Assembly (NCBI GenBank): GCA_002269645.1
Contig: NIVC01002075.1
Coordinates: 1-49,371 of the forward strand
DNA: 49,371 nucleotides
Reading direction: 5' to 3'
Source of the DNA: Macrostomum lignano
Taxonomy: Eukaryota
The notes below the pieces were generated by a model that worked only from the letters and a program-made list of their open reading frames with translations, was not told the DNA's origin and made no database searches. Positions 1 to 12,807 of the stretch are shown in pieces (position 1 is the stretch's first letter; every line of letters begins with the position of its first letter). The position numbers and the translations under genes were made by a program.

Positions 1-130
1 TTTTTCATCGTGTATAAAATCATTGTAAAAATTGCACCACTTCGTTAAAAAGCAATCGAACTTACATTACACATTGTTGTCAAATTGTAAGTTTGACTGA
101 CTGAAGTGGGCACTAAGGCTCCGCCAAGAG

Positions 131-655
131 GGTGGCGAAGGGCACTGAGTCACTGATTTGAGTAACGAAAGGCACTGAGTCACTGAATCGGGTAGCGAAG
201 GACACTGAGTCACTGAATCGGGTAGCGAAGGGCACTGAGTCACTGAATCGGGTAGCGAAGGGCACTGAGTCACTGAATCGGGTAGCGAAGGACACTGAGT
301 CACTGAATCGGGTAGCGAAGGACACTGAGTCACTGAGTCGGGTAGCGAAGGACACTGAGTCACTGAATCGGGTAGCGAAGGACACTGAGTCACTGAATCG
401 GGTAGCGAAGGACACTGAGTCACTGAATCGGGTAGCGAAGGCACTGAGTCACTGAATCGGGTAGCGAAGGGCACTGAGTCACTGAATCGGTAGCGAAAGA
501 CACTGAGTCACTGAATCGGGTAGCGAAGGGCACTGAGTCACTGAATCGGGTAGCGAAGGACACTGAGTCACTGAATCGGGTAGCGAAGGACACTGAGTCA
601 CTGAACTGAATCGGGTAGCGAAGGACACTGAGTCACTAAAGATGAGTCACTAAAG
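131..655. repeat. 30-bp minisatellite (GACACTGAGTCACTGAATCGGGTAGCGAAG), about 16-17 copies
   Basis: The 30-bp period is directly visible and each unit contains TGAGTCA. It explains ORFs 67..474 and 113..415. Confidence 0.95.
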
Positions 656-1080
656 ATGGTAGCTGAACATGCAGTGAGAAATTTAGTCATGACACCCGTT
701 GGATGAATGAATGAATGGACAATGTTATATAAATCAAAATAGTTGTTAAAAAGCTTTTTCTAATCAAAATTAAGCCAAATGAGCCACGACATAAGAAAAC
801 TAATGATAAAAATTTAAACATGAAACTGATCTTTGCCGCGATTGCCAAGCGAGAGAAATGCCATTTTTATCTGTTTTCTTTTGAAGACGGCGACCAATGA
901 TTCTATAATCCATACTCATAATTGAGTAAACGGCTACACAGCAGCGATAACATTTGGTGTACTTTTAACAGTTGGGAATGCCAAGTTCAGAGGTCTAGTG
1001 TGAACGGCATGTACGGCTGATGATAAAAGTTCTGCTGCACCCAAGCGGGGCTTTTTTGATAGGGATCAAAGCTTTTCGAA

Positions 1081-1535
1081 CCAGAGGCGCCAGTAGCAGA
1101 GGCGCCAGCACCAGAGGCGCCAGCACCAGAGGCGCCAGCACCAGAGGCGCCAGCACCAGAGGCGCCAGCACCAGAGGCGCCAGCACCAGAGGCGCCAGCA
1201 CCAGAGGCGCCAGCACCAGAGGCGCCAGCACCAGAGGCGCCAGCACCAGAGGCGCCAGCACCAGAGGCGCCAGCACCAGAGGCGCCAGCACCAGAGGCGC
1301 CAGCACCAGAGGCGCCAGCACCAGAGGCGCCAGCACCAGAGGCGCCAGCACCAGAGGCGCCAGCACCAGAGGCGCCAGCACCAGAGGCACTAAATCCAGA
1401 GGCACTAAATCCAGAGGCACTAAATCCAGAGGCACTAAATCCAGAGGCACTAAATCCAGAGGCACTAAATCCAGAGGCACTAAATCCAGAGGCACTAAAT
1501 CCAGAGGCACTAAATCCAGAGGCACTAAATCCAGA
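1081..1535. repeat. 15-bp minisatellite in two blocks: (CCAGAGGCGCCAGCA)x20 then (CCAGAGGCACTAAAT)x10
   Basis: Direct inspection; the unit type switches abruptly at 1381. Confidence 0.97.
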
Positions 1536-1756
1536 TTAACTCAGCAAACCCGAAGCGACTTTGGCGCGAGATTCCGAACGCGTTAATCACTGAGCTGCTG
1601 CCCACTCCCTGACTCAGCTGAATTTCTCATTTAACATCGACCTGACGGAGCTTTCCAGATACTCAATGCTTTGAAATATTTCAAGACTTTCAGCTCGGGT
1701 GCAGCAAGAACACACAGAGAACTGTGTTTGGGGTCTCACAGCAGCCTGTCGCTCAT

Positions 1757-2113
1757 TCACTTCGGCCCCATCGCCGCAAGAAGATCCTCGGGCGGCGAGA
1801 CGCCGATGTCCGCCACTGCCACGGCAGCCCTCGCCGAAGTGTCCGCCGACAGACGAAGATCGTCCGGACGCGGCACTGTAGCCCGCCTCGCTGCGCCGCC
1901 GCCACTGACGTCAGCGTCGTCAATCAGCAGCAGCTGCAGGCCGCCTCCGGAGGCACCGGAGACCGGCAGCGACCGACGAATGTCGGAGTTCGATGACGAC
2001 GGCGACTCTAGGCGCTCGCGGGCGGCAGTTAGCAGGGCGTGGCTTCGCTTGGCGAGTTCGCTGGAATCCAACGGGCGATTGGCGACGTCGGCGACCGCGG
2101 CAACGTCGATTAC
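1757..2113 (-). CDS. LAMTOR1: LAMTOR1 coding exon 3 (357 nt, includes stop)
   Basis: Acceptor ATCGCAG|GTAATC; extends ORF 1757..2071 with VIDVAAVADVANRPL. Confidence 0.87.
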   Translation of the reverse strand, partial: VIDVAAVADVANRPLDSSELAKRSHALLTAARERLESPSSSNSDIRRSLPVSGASGGGLQLLLIDDADVSGGGAARRATVPRPDDLRLSADTSARAAVAVADIGVSPPEDLLAAMGPK

Positions 2114-4216
2114 CTGCGATTGACGGTATTAGGAGCGATTCTCACAGTGGATCGAGTACTCAGGGTGGACGAAAGTCGATTCTCGGGGTGCACCGAGGGC
2201 GATTCTCAGGGTGCATCGAGAGCGATTCTCAGGGTGCATCGAGGGCGATTCTCAGGGTGCATCGAGAGCGATTCTCAGGCTGTATCGAGAGCGGTTCTCA
2301 GGGTGCATCGAGAGCGGTTCTCAGGGTGCATCGAGAGCGATTCTCAGGGTGCATCGAGGGCGATTTTCAGGCTGTATCGAGAGCGGTTCTCAGGGTGCAT
2401 CGAGAGCGATTCTCAGGGTGCATCGAGGGCGATTCTCAGGGTGCTTTAAGGGCGATTCTCAGGGTGCATCGAGGGCGATTCTCAGGGTGCATCGAGGGCG
2501 ATTCTCAGGGTGCTTTAAGGGCGATTCTCAGGGTGCATCGAGGGCGATTCTCAGGGTGTATCGAGGCGATTCTCAGGGTGTATCGAGGCGATTCTCAGGG
2601 TGTATCGAGGGCGATTCTCAGGGTGCTTTAAGGGCGATTCTCAGGGTGTATCGAGGCGATTCTCAGGGTGTATCGAGGGCGATTCTCAGGGTGCATCGAG
2701 GGCGATTCTCAGGCTGCATTGAGGGCGATTCTCAGGGTGTATCGAGGCGATTCTCAGGCTGCATCGAGGGCGATTCTCAGGGTGCTTTAAGGGCGATTCT
2801 CAGGGTGCATCGAGGGCGATTCTCAGGGTGTATCGAGGCGATTCTCAGGGTGTATCGAGGCGATTCTCAGGGTGTATCGAGGCGATTCTCAGGCTGCATC
2901 GAGGGCGATTCTCAGGGTGCTTTAAGGGCGATTCTCAGGGTGCATCGAGGGCGATTCTCAGGGTGTATCGAGGCGATTCTCAGGGTGTATCGAGGCGATT
3001 CTCAGGGTGTATCGAGGGCGATTCTCAGGGTGCTTTAAGGGCGATTCTCAGGGTGTATCGAGGCGATTCTCAGGGTGTATCGAGGGCGATTCTCAGGGTG
3101 CATCGAGAGCGATTCTCAGGGTGTATCGAGGCGATTCTCAGGCTTTGCAAAGCAAATCGAGATTGATTTTCCAAGGCAAATAAGTTCTCTGGGCATTCAA
3201 CAAGTCATTCCAGATAACATTAAAGGTCATCATCTAGCAGTCTACAAATACCTGAACAGACACGCTATCGAGTATCTGCGCAAGGGCCATGTTCAGATCT
3301 TCGTCCGGGCCGGCGCGCTCTCCGTAGCTGCCAAAGGCGCCCAGTCCGTTGCCGTTAGCCGCCGTCGGATCCCACGTGCCGGCGCGGCTGGTGCGAAATC
3401 TAGGGGGATATTATTTAACGAAATTTTCTAATTTTACTACTGATATGTTACATTAATTATATATATATATATAATTTCTGTCCAAATTGATCAATAAACG
3501 AATAGAATAGAAAACTGTTGAAATTCTACTTGGAGATTAGGGAAGGCGGTGAACCCCACCTGGGGATTAGGGAAGGTGGTGAGTGAACCCTACCTAGGGA
3601 CTAGGGAAGGTGGTGAGTGAACCCTACCTGGGAATTAGGGATTAGGGAAGGTGGTGAGTGAACCCTACCTGGGAATTAGGGATTAGGGAAGGTGGTGAGT
3701 GAACCCTACCTGGGAATTAGGATTTAGAGAAGGTGGTGAGTGAACCCTACCTAGGGATTAGGGAAGGTGGTGAGTGAACCCTACCTGGGGATTAGGGAAG
3801 GTGGTGAGTGAACCCTACCTGGGGATTAGGGAAGGCGGTGAACCCTACCTGGGGATTAGGAATTAGAGAAGATGGTGAGTGAACCCTACCTAGGGATTAG
3901 GGAAGGTGGTGGCACTACCTAGGGAATAGGAAGGGTGGTGACCCTACATGGGGATTAGGGAAGGTGGTGATCCTACATGGGGAATAGGGAGGGTGGTGGA
4001 CCCTACCTGGGGATTAGGGAAGGTGGTGATCCTACCTGGGAATTAGGAAAGGTGGTGACCCTACATGGAAAATAGGGAGGGTGGTGACCCTACATGGGGA
4101 TAAAGCTGGTAGCTCATCAGAAGCATACCCATAGGGCTCATTAGAGACAGGACTCTGCAGCAATCTATCAGCTTCGCCAATCTCTTCAGCAGAGTTTTGC
4201 AACAGCAGCTGCCCAT
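1757..4216 (-). CDS. LAMTOR1: Ragulator complex protein LAMTOR1 (p18) homologue, 3 coding exons (4216-4129, 3399-3252, 2113-1757), about 197 aa; apparent 1-nt frameshift in exon 1
   Basis: Spliced product: MGSCCC[K/N]SAEEIGEADRLLQSPVSNEPYG|FRTSRAG...PDEDLNMALAQILDSVSVQ|VIDVAAVADVANRPLDSSELAKRSHALL...DDLRLSADTSARAAVAVADIGVSPPEDLLAAMGPK*. It matches recalled LAMTOR1 hallmarks: MGxCC myristoylation/palmitoylation start, ExxxLL dileucine motif (human EERKLL), DEQALLSSIL..NIIDV core, and C-terminal [32 protein letters not shown]. GT-AG sites are phase-compatible (2, 0). Confidence 0.85.
2135..3145. repeat. 22/23-bp minisatellite (GCGATTCTCAGGGTGCATCGAGG) filling LAMTOR1 intron 2
   Basis: Direct inspection; source of ORFs 1993..2631, 2039..2449, 2211..3038 and 2828..3166. 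Confidence 0.95.
3252..3399 (-). CDS. LAMTOR1: LAMTOR1 coding exon 2 (148 nt)
   Basis: Acceptor CCCCCTAG|A and donor CAG|GTATTT; open frame FRTSRAG...DSVSVQ. Confidence 0.85.
3535..4100. repeat. G-rich minisatellite of about 29-40 bp (GGGGATTAGGGAAGGTGGTGAGTGAACCCTACCT) in LAMTOR1 intron 1
   Basis: Direct inspection; most units contain TTAGGG. Confidence 0.93.
4129..4216 (-). CDS. LAMTOR1: LAMTOR1 coding exon 1 (88 nt as given; 89 nt needed)
   Basis: ATG at 4216, donor GG|GTATGC at 4128. The frame joins only if one A is added to the TGCAAAACTCT run (about 4195-4198). Confidence 0.75.
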
Positions 4217-4928
4217 GTTCAGCAAGCGGAAACTGAAAATCAATGGTGGAAAATATTTTCATTAATAATGGACCAAATGCCGGCCTCAAACACTATACAA
4301 GCATCTCTAAAACTGGAACACATTAATTTTGAGACATCTTTAACAAACATATTAGACTAACTAAACTTAAACTAGGGCATATTTGCACTTCTATTTGCAA
4401 TGCTGACACCTCCTGGAATCGCAGTCAGACCAACAAGCAGCAGATGACTTCAGTTAGCTTGGATGGCCACACTTCCATCAATAATATTGTCTGGTCTATC
4501 ACTGTAGCCGGACCCAATATGAAAAAATTCATTGTTGACACTGTGAATGCCAGCTGAGGACTTCTGCACTAGGCCTCTACTGCATTAGTTACCACAGAGG
4601 ATTTGGTGCTGTTTGATCACAAAACCACAGGCGGCAAGGCACTAGGGATGGACAAAGTAGTTTTCAAGTTGCAAGCATATGTGATGAACTGTATGCTTAT
4701 AGCTTACTGACACATCTGCACCTACCGAGTGCAACATAGAGCACATTTTGCCAATCCCAAAGAAGTCTGAGACAATGTGGAAAGAAAACCACTAGAGGAT
4801 CTTGCTGATGTCCTGCACCACAAACCTTTTACCAGCTGCTATTCAACCGTCTATAGTTGGTATTGGCCCATATCTCTGTTATAAGCAGAATGGGTTATGG
4901 CAATAAATGCTGCTATTAGGATAGCAGA

Positions 4929-6191
4929 CAGTGATGGATCAAAATATTTTTTTATATCGAAATCGAAATTTTTGAGTTAAACAAATTTTGATGAGTTTAG
5001 CTAACAATGCAAAAAATTTAACACATTGAATGTGCGATCTTACATATTAAGATCTTAGTATTGCACTTCTTGCAGGTTGCAGACAAAAAATCATCACTAA
5101 CGATAAAGAAATCATGTACAGCGGCTCATTTTGCAGTGGGCATCCTATGGCTTGTATACAATTTAACTAGGATTCAGTAAAATGACAAATAGAATTAATT
5201 GTAAGTAGTTAAGTGTATTATACTTCATTGCTGTTTAAGTTGCAGATCTTATAATACATCAATTTCAATCATTAAGGTCTTAAAAGTCTTTAGCCAATTA
5301 AAAGCTACGCGGATGAGTCCAGCCAATGGGCTTCGAATGGAGGTTGAGGTGAGGTGAGTGTAGCACACAAGCCCTGAAACAATGAGCGTGCCCACAATAT
5401 TTTCTTGGATAAAGGCGATTCTCACCTCCCTGCTAAGTCTTTGGATCGCACTTTGTTTTACTTCAAATTTATAGATGTAAATGCCCAACTTACACAATTG
5501 TATCCTAGCTATAAATGTCCATGAACCCATTGCAGAGGCAGCTTAACTATAGGACGTTGCCTAAAAGTTAGCACATTTCCTTAAAATCTGGCATATTGGT
5601 GATTTCATATTTACGTATTTCAGGGCAGGGAGTTGGCATAAGAATCAGTTCATTGTAGACGTAGCACATTTTATAAAGCTCATATACAAATGAGCAAATA
5701 TCCTTGCAAATCTTTGAAGCGAATATCACATCGCAATGTCTGCAAATTTTGACTGAGAAGAATTAACAGCAGCCTTAGAATCTGTTGTGAGCAATGCAAT
5801 CTTGGCATGCATGTACATAATTAGCTTTCCAAATTTCAATCCACTCTAGTCGTACTGTGTATGATCAATATTATCAGAAAATTATGACACACATTGTATG
5901 CAATGACAGTATAACAAAGTTAGGGATGGAAATCAAAATTTACCTGAAACAAAGAACACAGAATACAATATTTAATAGTATTTTACTACAATCATTGGCA
6001 ATGGCATGTAGGTTAACATGAACTGCCTTGCTTGATATAACCAAAATTTCGAAATGACTTTTGATGAATTGTGTCAAAATTAGAAATCGAAATTGAAATT
6101 ATTTTGATGCAAAAAGTAATGCATCATAATGCATTCCAAAGGTTCAAAATTTGGAATATCGAAATCAAAATCAAATTTCAATCCATCACTA
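4929..6191. mobile_element. Possible non-autonomous DNA transposon (hAT-like TIRs)
   Basis: CAGTGATGGATCAAAAT at 4929 and inverted ATTTCAATCCATCACTA ending at 6191, with GAAATCGAAAT motifs near both ends. Only a 4-bp CAGA flanking match; no 8-bp TSD. Confidence 0.35.
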
Positions 6192-8634
6192 CAGACAGTA
6201 TGTCCATCCTGTTTAATACTTACTCTAGTGTTTTAATTTCAAATTCTATCTTTATTTTTTAGCTTTACAAGTATAATACTTTTTCAATTTTATCTTCTCA
6301 GCTGTTTTGAAAATTTACAAATATTGTAAATATTTATTTAACAAAATATATTTATGCATTGTACATTGTGTTTTAAAAGACAGAATACATATTATTACCC
6401 CTAACTCTTGTTCTACTTTTAGCCATATCTTTTGAAGGAAATAACTTTTTTAATTTATAGAACAATAAACTATATAGAATAAACATATTTAGTCATGCAT
6501 TTAGTGATACAATAAATTCTGATTTTGCATTCAGTCGATGGATCAATTTTTGGGACACCCCTTGTACATAGTAGCAGTAGACATAGATACATAAATTGAT
6601 AAGTTTATGATTGTATCATATTGCAATATCTAAATAATCACTTTGCATAAAATCTAGGCCTAAAAATATATGAAGTACTATTTTTAAAAGGCTTTAAGAA
6701 GACTATTCATATTCAGTACTTTATTAAAATAACAGTAGCTAGTTTACTTCTGCAATTTAAACCCTGCATTAAGAAATAACATGTGACCCTATTTAAGATG
6801 AAACCTAGTAAATATTTACTCATCTAAGGGGATAGGGATTATGGGGTATAGTATAGGTAGTGATCCCTGGCCTTAATTCTCTCGTCTGTTAGTTTCAAAT
6901 TTTTGTACTTATATATCTCCCTTTAATTATCTTGGATCTGCCACTGAACTTAGTCAAATATCCAAAATTGGCCAATGAACTTTATAAATTGTGAGACTCT
7001 ATAGTATAGCCTTTATTCAAGTTTATTGCATCATTGCTTGGGCATAATAAATTTAAATACGTTTGTCTTGTTTTTTATTCTTAATCTTATGCTGGGAGAT
7101 GAGCAGATGCACACCTACTATAGTTTAAAATGGTAACTTGAGTTTAAATATACTTGAAAAAATTGAAAATGGGTTGGTGCGTTTTTTATAAAGCAATCAC
7201 ATACGCATACCTACCTAACTACCTAGAAATATTTCATCTTTAGTATATTGGAATTTAGTATATTTGGATGTAAAAAAGTGCCAATAACTGGGATAGCCAG
7301 ATAGTCAAAGGGTTATATGATGACGACGATCCCGTTTCCAATAAGTGAATCTGATTCGATTCGTTTCTTGGAAGAAACCAAATTTGAACAGGTGCTATTC
7401 TTATTACGTTTTAAACTAACCTCTTAAAGTTTTTTTCATACAATTACAATGGTTATTATTTTTTTTTCAAACTTCCTTATACTTTTCTATAGGGCCTAGT
7501 CATTTATGCCTTAAAGATACATATGCAGCCTACAGGAGAAAAAGCAAACCTGTTATCCATAGTGGCGGTAAGCACGTCAAACATTATACTCGTATAACCC
7601 TTTCTGTACTCATGGCAGAAACAAGAGTAAGTTTTGAGTTGTGATACTGTCCAAAAACCTTGAAACTGTGAATTTCAAAAAGTTAAAAAATGTGTTCAGC
7701 AAAAATCTTTTTACATGTACATGCAACTTTCAAAGTTCAAGAGTAATTTATGCTTCTATTATACATGCATATACTACTGTTGGTGCTATAAGAGCTGCAC
7801 AATCCACGTTGAACATGTATACGAATGCATGCACATGCACGCAGAAAATTTAAATTATTAGAATCTACCCCTCTGCATACGCGATGCCAGCTAGGATTTC
7901 TCTGGGGATCAGTAATACGATATAGATTTTTATCAGATCGAATGCATTAGAAGAGACGAACAGAAGACACATCGAGCTTCCACTTGAGTTGAAAAGCACT
8001 CGTAATTCAAGTGCATGGCATGGACTACCATGCCAGCCAACGCAACTATGGAAACCTCGGGCCTTTAATACTGAACAGCATGCACGTACTACTCTTTAGC
8101 CATGCACATGTTACAATTTATTCATTTCAACATCTACACAGACAATTTCAATGATGAAAAACACATACACCATGCTGCAGTTACGTGTATTAATCGCACA
8201 ATTTTAACAACGCCGAGAAAGCCATTCTCATTCTCAGGATCGAGATGATCTTTTAGAATAGCTTTATAGGAATAGCAATCTAGCTGTCATTCAAATACCA
8301 GCTAATGTCTCGATTGACCATCATTTTATAATTTTACCATGCATATACGAGCTATAAATCTGGCTCTGACGAAGACGAATTACAAACTATCTATCCAATC
8401 TGACAGCCACAGCTATCTGATACACATCGGGTTGCCATGCAGATGCTGAATGGAACAGCGTGGATTTATCTGGGTACGGAAAAGTTGCTATGAATCGAGG
8501 GGACGAAAGGAGAAAGTTAGGGGCGTTTCCTCAAATTTGACAGGCCTCGAAGATTGCCTGATGCATGATCATACAGCCGGGTGGATCCCACAATTATCCA
8601 TCAATCTGTCTAACTGTGTCTGTCTTTCTGTCTG

Positions 8635-9310
<676 letters not shown>

Positions 9311-9885
9311 CTGTTTATCCGCCTTATTCCTAAAACCCCATTCACCACGCCCTATTTCAAGTGAAAGCGGCTTAGCTCCGTGCTCGAATTAAGCTGGCCT
9401 AAAAGCTCCCTAATCCGCCTTGCTCCGGCCTTCCCGCGCGCCCCGAGCAAATTGTTGATCTGCTTACAAACCTCTTTAATTGGAATAAACCTGCGCTCCT
9501 AAGTAGAGGTTTCTGGGTTTAAAATGTCACATCTTTGTGAGGGAATTCCGCCACTAAAGGAGCTGCGGATATAAAGATTATTTTTAATCTTTTTATCACG
9601 GCCCACTCGTTTTAAATATTGTTTATTCAAATGCTTATACCGATGATAAGTTTCTGTTGCACTTCACTGAAGATACATGTACGAGATATTGTCAATGATT
9701 AACGAAATGATGATTAAGATCTCCGAATTGTCGAAGTTCTGCGAAGCCCCGGGCATACTTTCCGCATCTGATTGATCACAATGCTAATTCTTTTTGAGTC
9801 AGCCAGTTTTATTATATTATAAGATACGACTTGCCCAGCAACAATACTTGATATACGCATGTCATATAAGCTGTATGAGTATTAG

Positions 9886-10893
9886 ATGAGTTGTATGACT
9901 ACTCAATGAGCTGTATGACTACTCAATGAGCTGTATGACTACACAATGAGCTGTATGACTACTCAATGAGCTGTATGACTACTCAATGAGCTGTATGACT
10001 ACACAATGAGCTGTATGACTACTCAATGAGCTGTATGACTACACAATGAGCTGTATGACTACTCAATGAGCTGTATGACTACTCAATGAGCTGTATGACT
10101 ACTCAATGAGCTGTGTGACTACTCAATGAGCTGTATGACTACACAATGAGCTGTATGACTACTCAATGAGCTTCATGACTACACAATGAGCTTAATGACT
10201 ACTCAATGAGCTTCATGACTACACAATGAGCTTAATGACTACTCAATGAGCTTCATGACTAGACAATGAGCTTCATGACTACACAATGAGCTTCATGACT
10301 ACACAATGAGCTTCATGACTACACAATGAGCTGTATGACTACTCAATGAGCTGTATGACTACTCAATGAGCTGTATAAATACACAATGAACTGTATAAAT
10401 ACACAATGAGCTTCATGACTACACAATGAGCTTCATGACTACACAATGAGCTGTATGACTACTCAATGAGCTGTATAAATACACAATGAGCTGTATAAAT
10501 GCACAATGAGCTTCATGACTACACAATGAGCTTCATGACTACACAATGAGCTGTATGACTACTCAATGAGCTGTATAAATACGCAATGAGCTGTATAAAT
10601 GCACAATGAGCTTCATGACTACACAATGAGCTTCATGACTACACAATGAGCTTCATGACTACACAATGAGCTTAATGACTACACAATGAGCTGTATGACT
10701 ACTCAATGAGCTGTATAAATACACAATGAGCTGTATGACTACTCAATGAGCTGTATAAATACACAATGAGCTGTATGACTACTCAATGAGCTGTATAAAT
10801 ACACAATGAGCTGTATGACTACTCAATGAGCTGTATAAATACACAATGAGCTGTATGACTACTCAATGAGCTGTATAAATACACAATGAGCTG
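9886..10893. repeat. 20-bp minisatellite (ATGAGCTGTATGACTACTCA and variants), about 50 copies
   Basis: Direct inspection. Confidence 0.97.
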
Positions 10894-12807
10894 ACCCAAA
10901 GGGCACTTGCACAGTCGGTACACCAGATCCAGGCATTCTAAATTTATTTTCAGATCCCACGAGCGAATGCGTCCTGCATGATTAAAAAAAAAGCCTCCGC
11001 TCATTGTCACGGATTTCCTATACATTCGCCTCATTGAATCCGCCATCGCAATGAATTTGAACCATCTGTTCAAAAATTGCACGCAATCAAGTCAGCTATA
11101 ATGGTAGCTATGGGGAGCTACCTGCACAGTTCCCATACGCGTAGTTGCGTGCAAATTTTAACCAATAATATCAAAACTGCTGAAACATATTTGATGAAGG
11201 CAAAAATTGGGCTTTATTTTATTTACAAGAAACAAACCGTAGACTGGCAGGCAAGCAAATTTCAAGTAAAGGCAAAGCATTTTTTCCAAATAGATTTTCT
11301 AGAATATTCCCGACCAAATTCGTGACAAAACCTCTTTAGGTGGAATCGCTGACGGCAAAAAACTGATTGTTGCTTTTATTTTGTATGCTTTTCAACTTTG
11401 CATCTCAAACAGTCCAAAATGATCCAAAATTTTGAGTGTGATTAATTGATTATATTCCCTTCTGTCTCGTAGATGCGTTTTCGGAGATGAATTCGTGCCC
11501 TAAATATTTTTTCAGCTCTGAAATAAGTTTGTTATAATTGAGTATGGGGGGCTATGCTAAAAATAGACAAAAATGGGAGTAAACTTCTGTATTCACTTCC
11601 GGTAATGAGGTAAGTGCAGCGGTACATGTAATCTAACATACAGCAGTGCACCTGCAGCAGGAAATTATGATCAAAACAGGTTCTTTTTTTCTAGCCAGCC
11701 TGAAAACAAGGGCCCTGCAGTCGCTATCTGCATGCCTTTATTTGAAGAGTCCTTGTTTTGTTAGAATCAGCACGGGTTTCGTTGTTGTTGCTCCCTCAAC
11801 GCCCACTCCTCTGTCTTTGGCTTGTGAAAAATATCATAAAGCAGAGCCAGAAACAATGACAAAAAGCGTTTCAGCTTCAGAAAAATATGGGGCTAGAAAT
11901 CAGTTTTTTTTACAGAGTGTGCGTTCCAGGATGGATTTTTAAAGCTCTTTCAGCCGTAGCGAGTCCTGCATTCACTCAAGGCTGAAGCGCATACGGGCCT
12001 GGCCAAAGCTCTACTCAATGCTTTGAAGAAAGCTTAATGCCTTTTCGAACAAAAGAAGTAAACAGTCGTTAAAATGCGAGCGATTTTTTTGCGGAAGAGT
12101 AAGTGTAGTACAGCCGAACATTGTTGTTCTCAAATAGCGTCTATTTTTAAAACACGTTTCGGTGCGCCAACAACAGCCAGTAAGAAACGATAAAGAAGTC
12201 ATAATCGGGACGTTTAGGTGCATCTTCAAGACAGAACAAGCTTGTACGGGGTTAACAGGTAAATTGGTGCCTAACTTTTAACACAGAAATTATTTAGCGC
12301 GCTAGACTATTGACATCCAAGGTGACAATTAGATTCATAACAATGACGCATAACAGAAACGCAACAAAACACTACGCTAGCCAGGGAACCGCAAATAACA
12401 GTTATAGCTTCAAGGTAAAAATAAAAGGAGCTAAATTAAAATATTTTCACCACGCCTTCAATTTGAGACCATGATGGCACTGCGTTATTCGAGATTAACG
12501 TTAAGACGATGGAGAGACGGGAGAGGAACGGAGCGATGGGGTGTCCCTAAGTGCAGAGCAAACCTGGGCCGGATGCTGCGACCCTGGAATTCGTCTTCGC
12601 CTCTCAGCAGCCGCTCTAATTAGGAGGGGGCATGCAACAGCACTCTTCGCACGATTGCGCAAGGAAAATTTGGGGAAATTCCTGCCTTGCACTTCCTCCA
12701 ATAGCAACATTAGACTATACAGCAACACTTGAGATGTTTCAGGGCTTTGCAGTTTTCTCCCAATAATATTGTCCGCTTCCATCGCTCACGACTGCCACTG
12801 AGTGCTT

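Noticed and set aside
67-3166. Long repetitive ORFs (67..474, 113..415, 995..1525, 1020..1586, 1993..2631, 2039..2449, 2211..3038, 2828..3166) and plus-strand ORF 1671..2123
   Set aside because: They are translations of minisatellites, or the antisense shadow of LAMTOR1 exon 3.
4061-4289. ORFs 4032..4289 and 4061..4243 as independent genes
   Set aside because: Each holds half of LAMTOR1 exon 1 in adjacent frames and then runs into intronic repeat.
6545-6568. TTTTTGGGACACCCTTGTA, resembling a Tc1/mariner TIR end
   Set aside because: No partner TIR or transposase found; at most an isolated remnant.
11930-12060. Minus-strand IE*SFGQARMRF, reminiscent of the PIF/Harbinger transposase ERxFG.LK.RF motif
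   Set aside because: Too short, interrupted by stops, and with no other catalytic motifs.
12150-12232. Minus-strand TTGAAGATG...CCGAAACGTGTTT, resembling the PLE hammerhead core
   Set aside because: C3 is replaced, helix II does not pair and there is a 45-nt insertion; at best a decayed PLE end.
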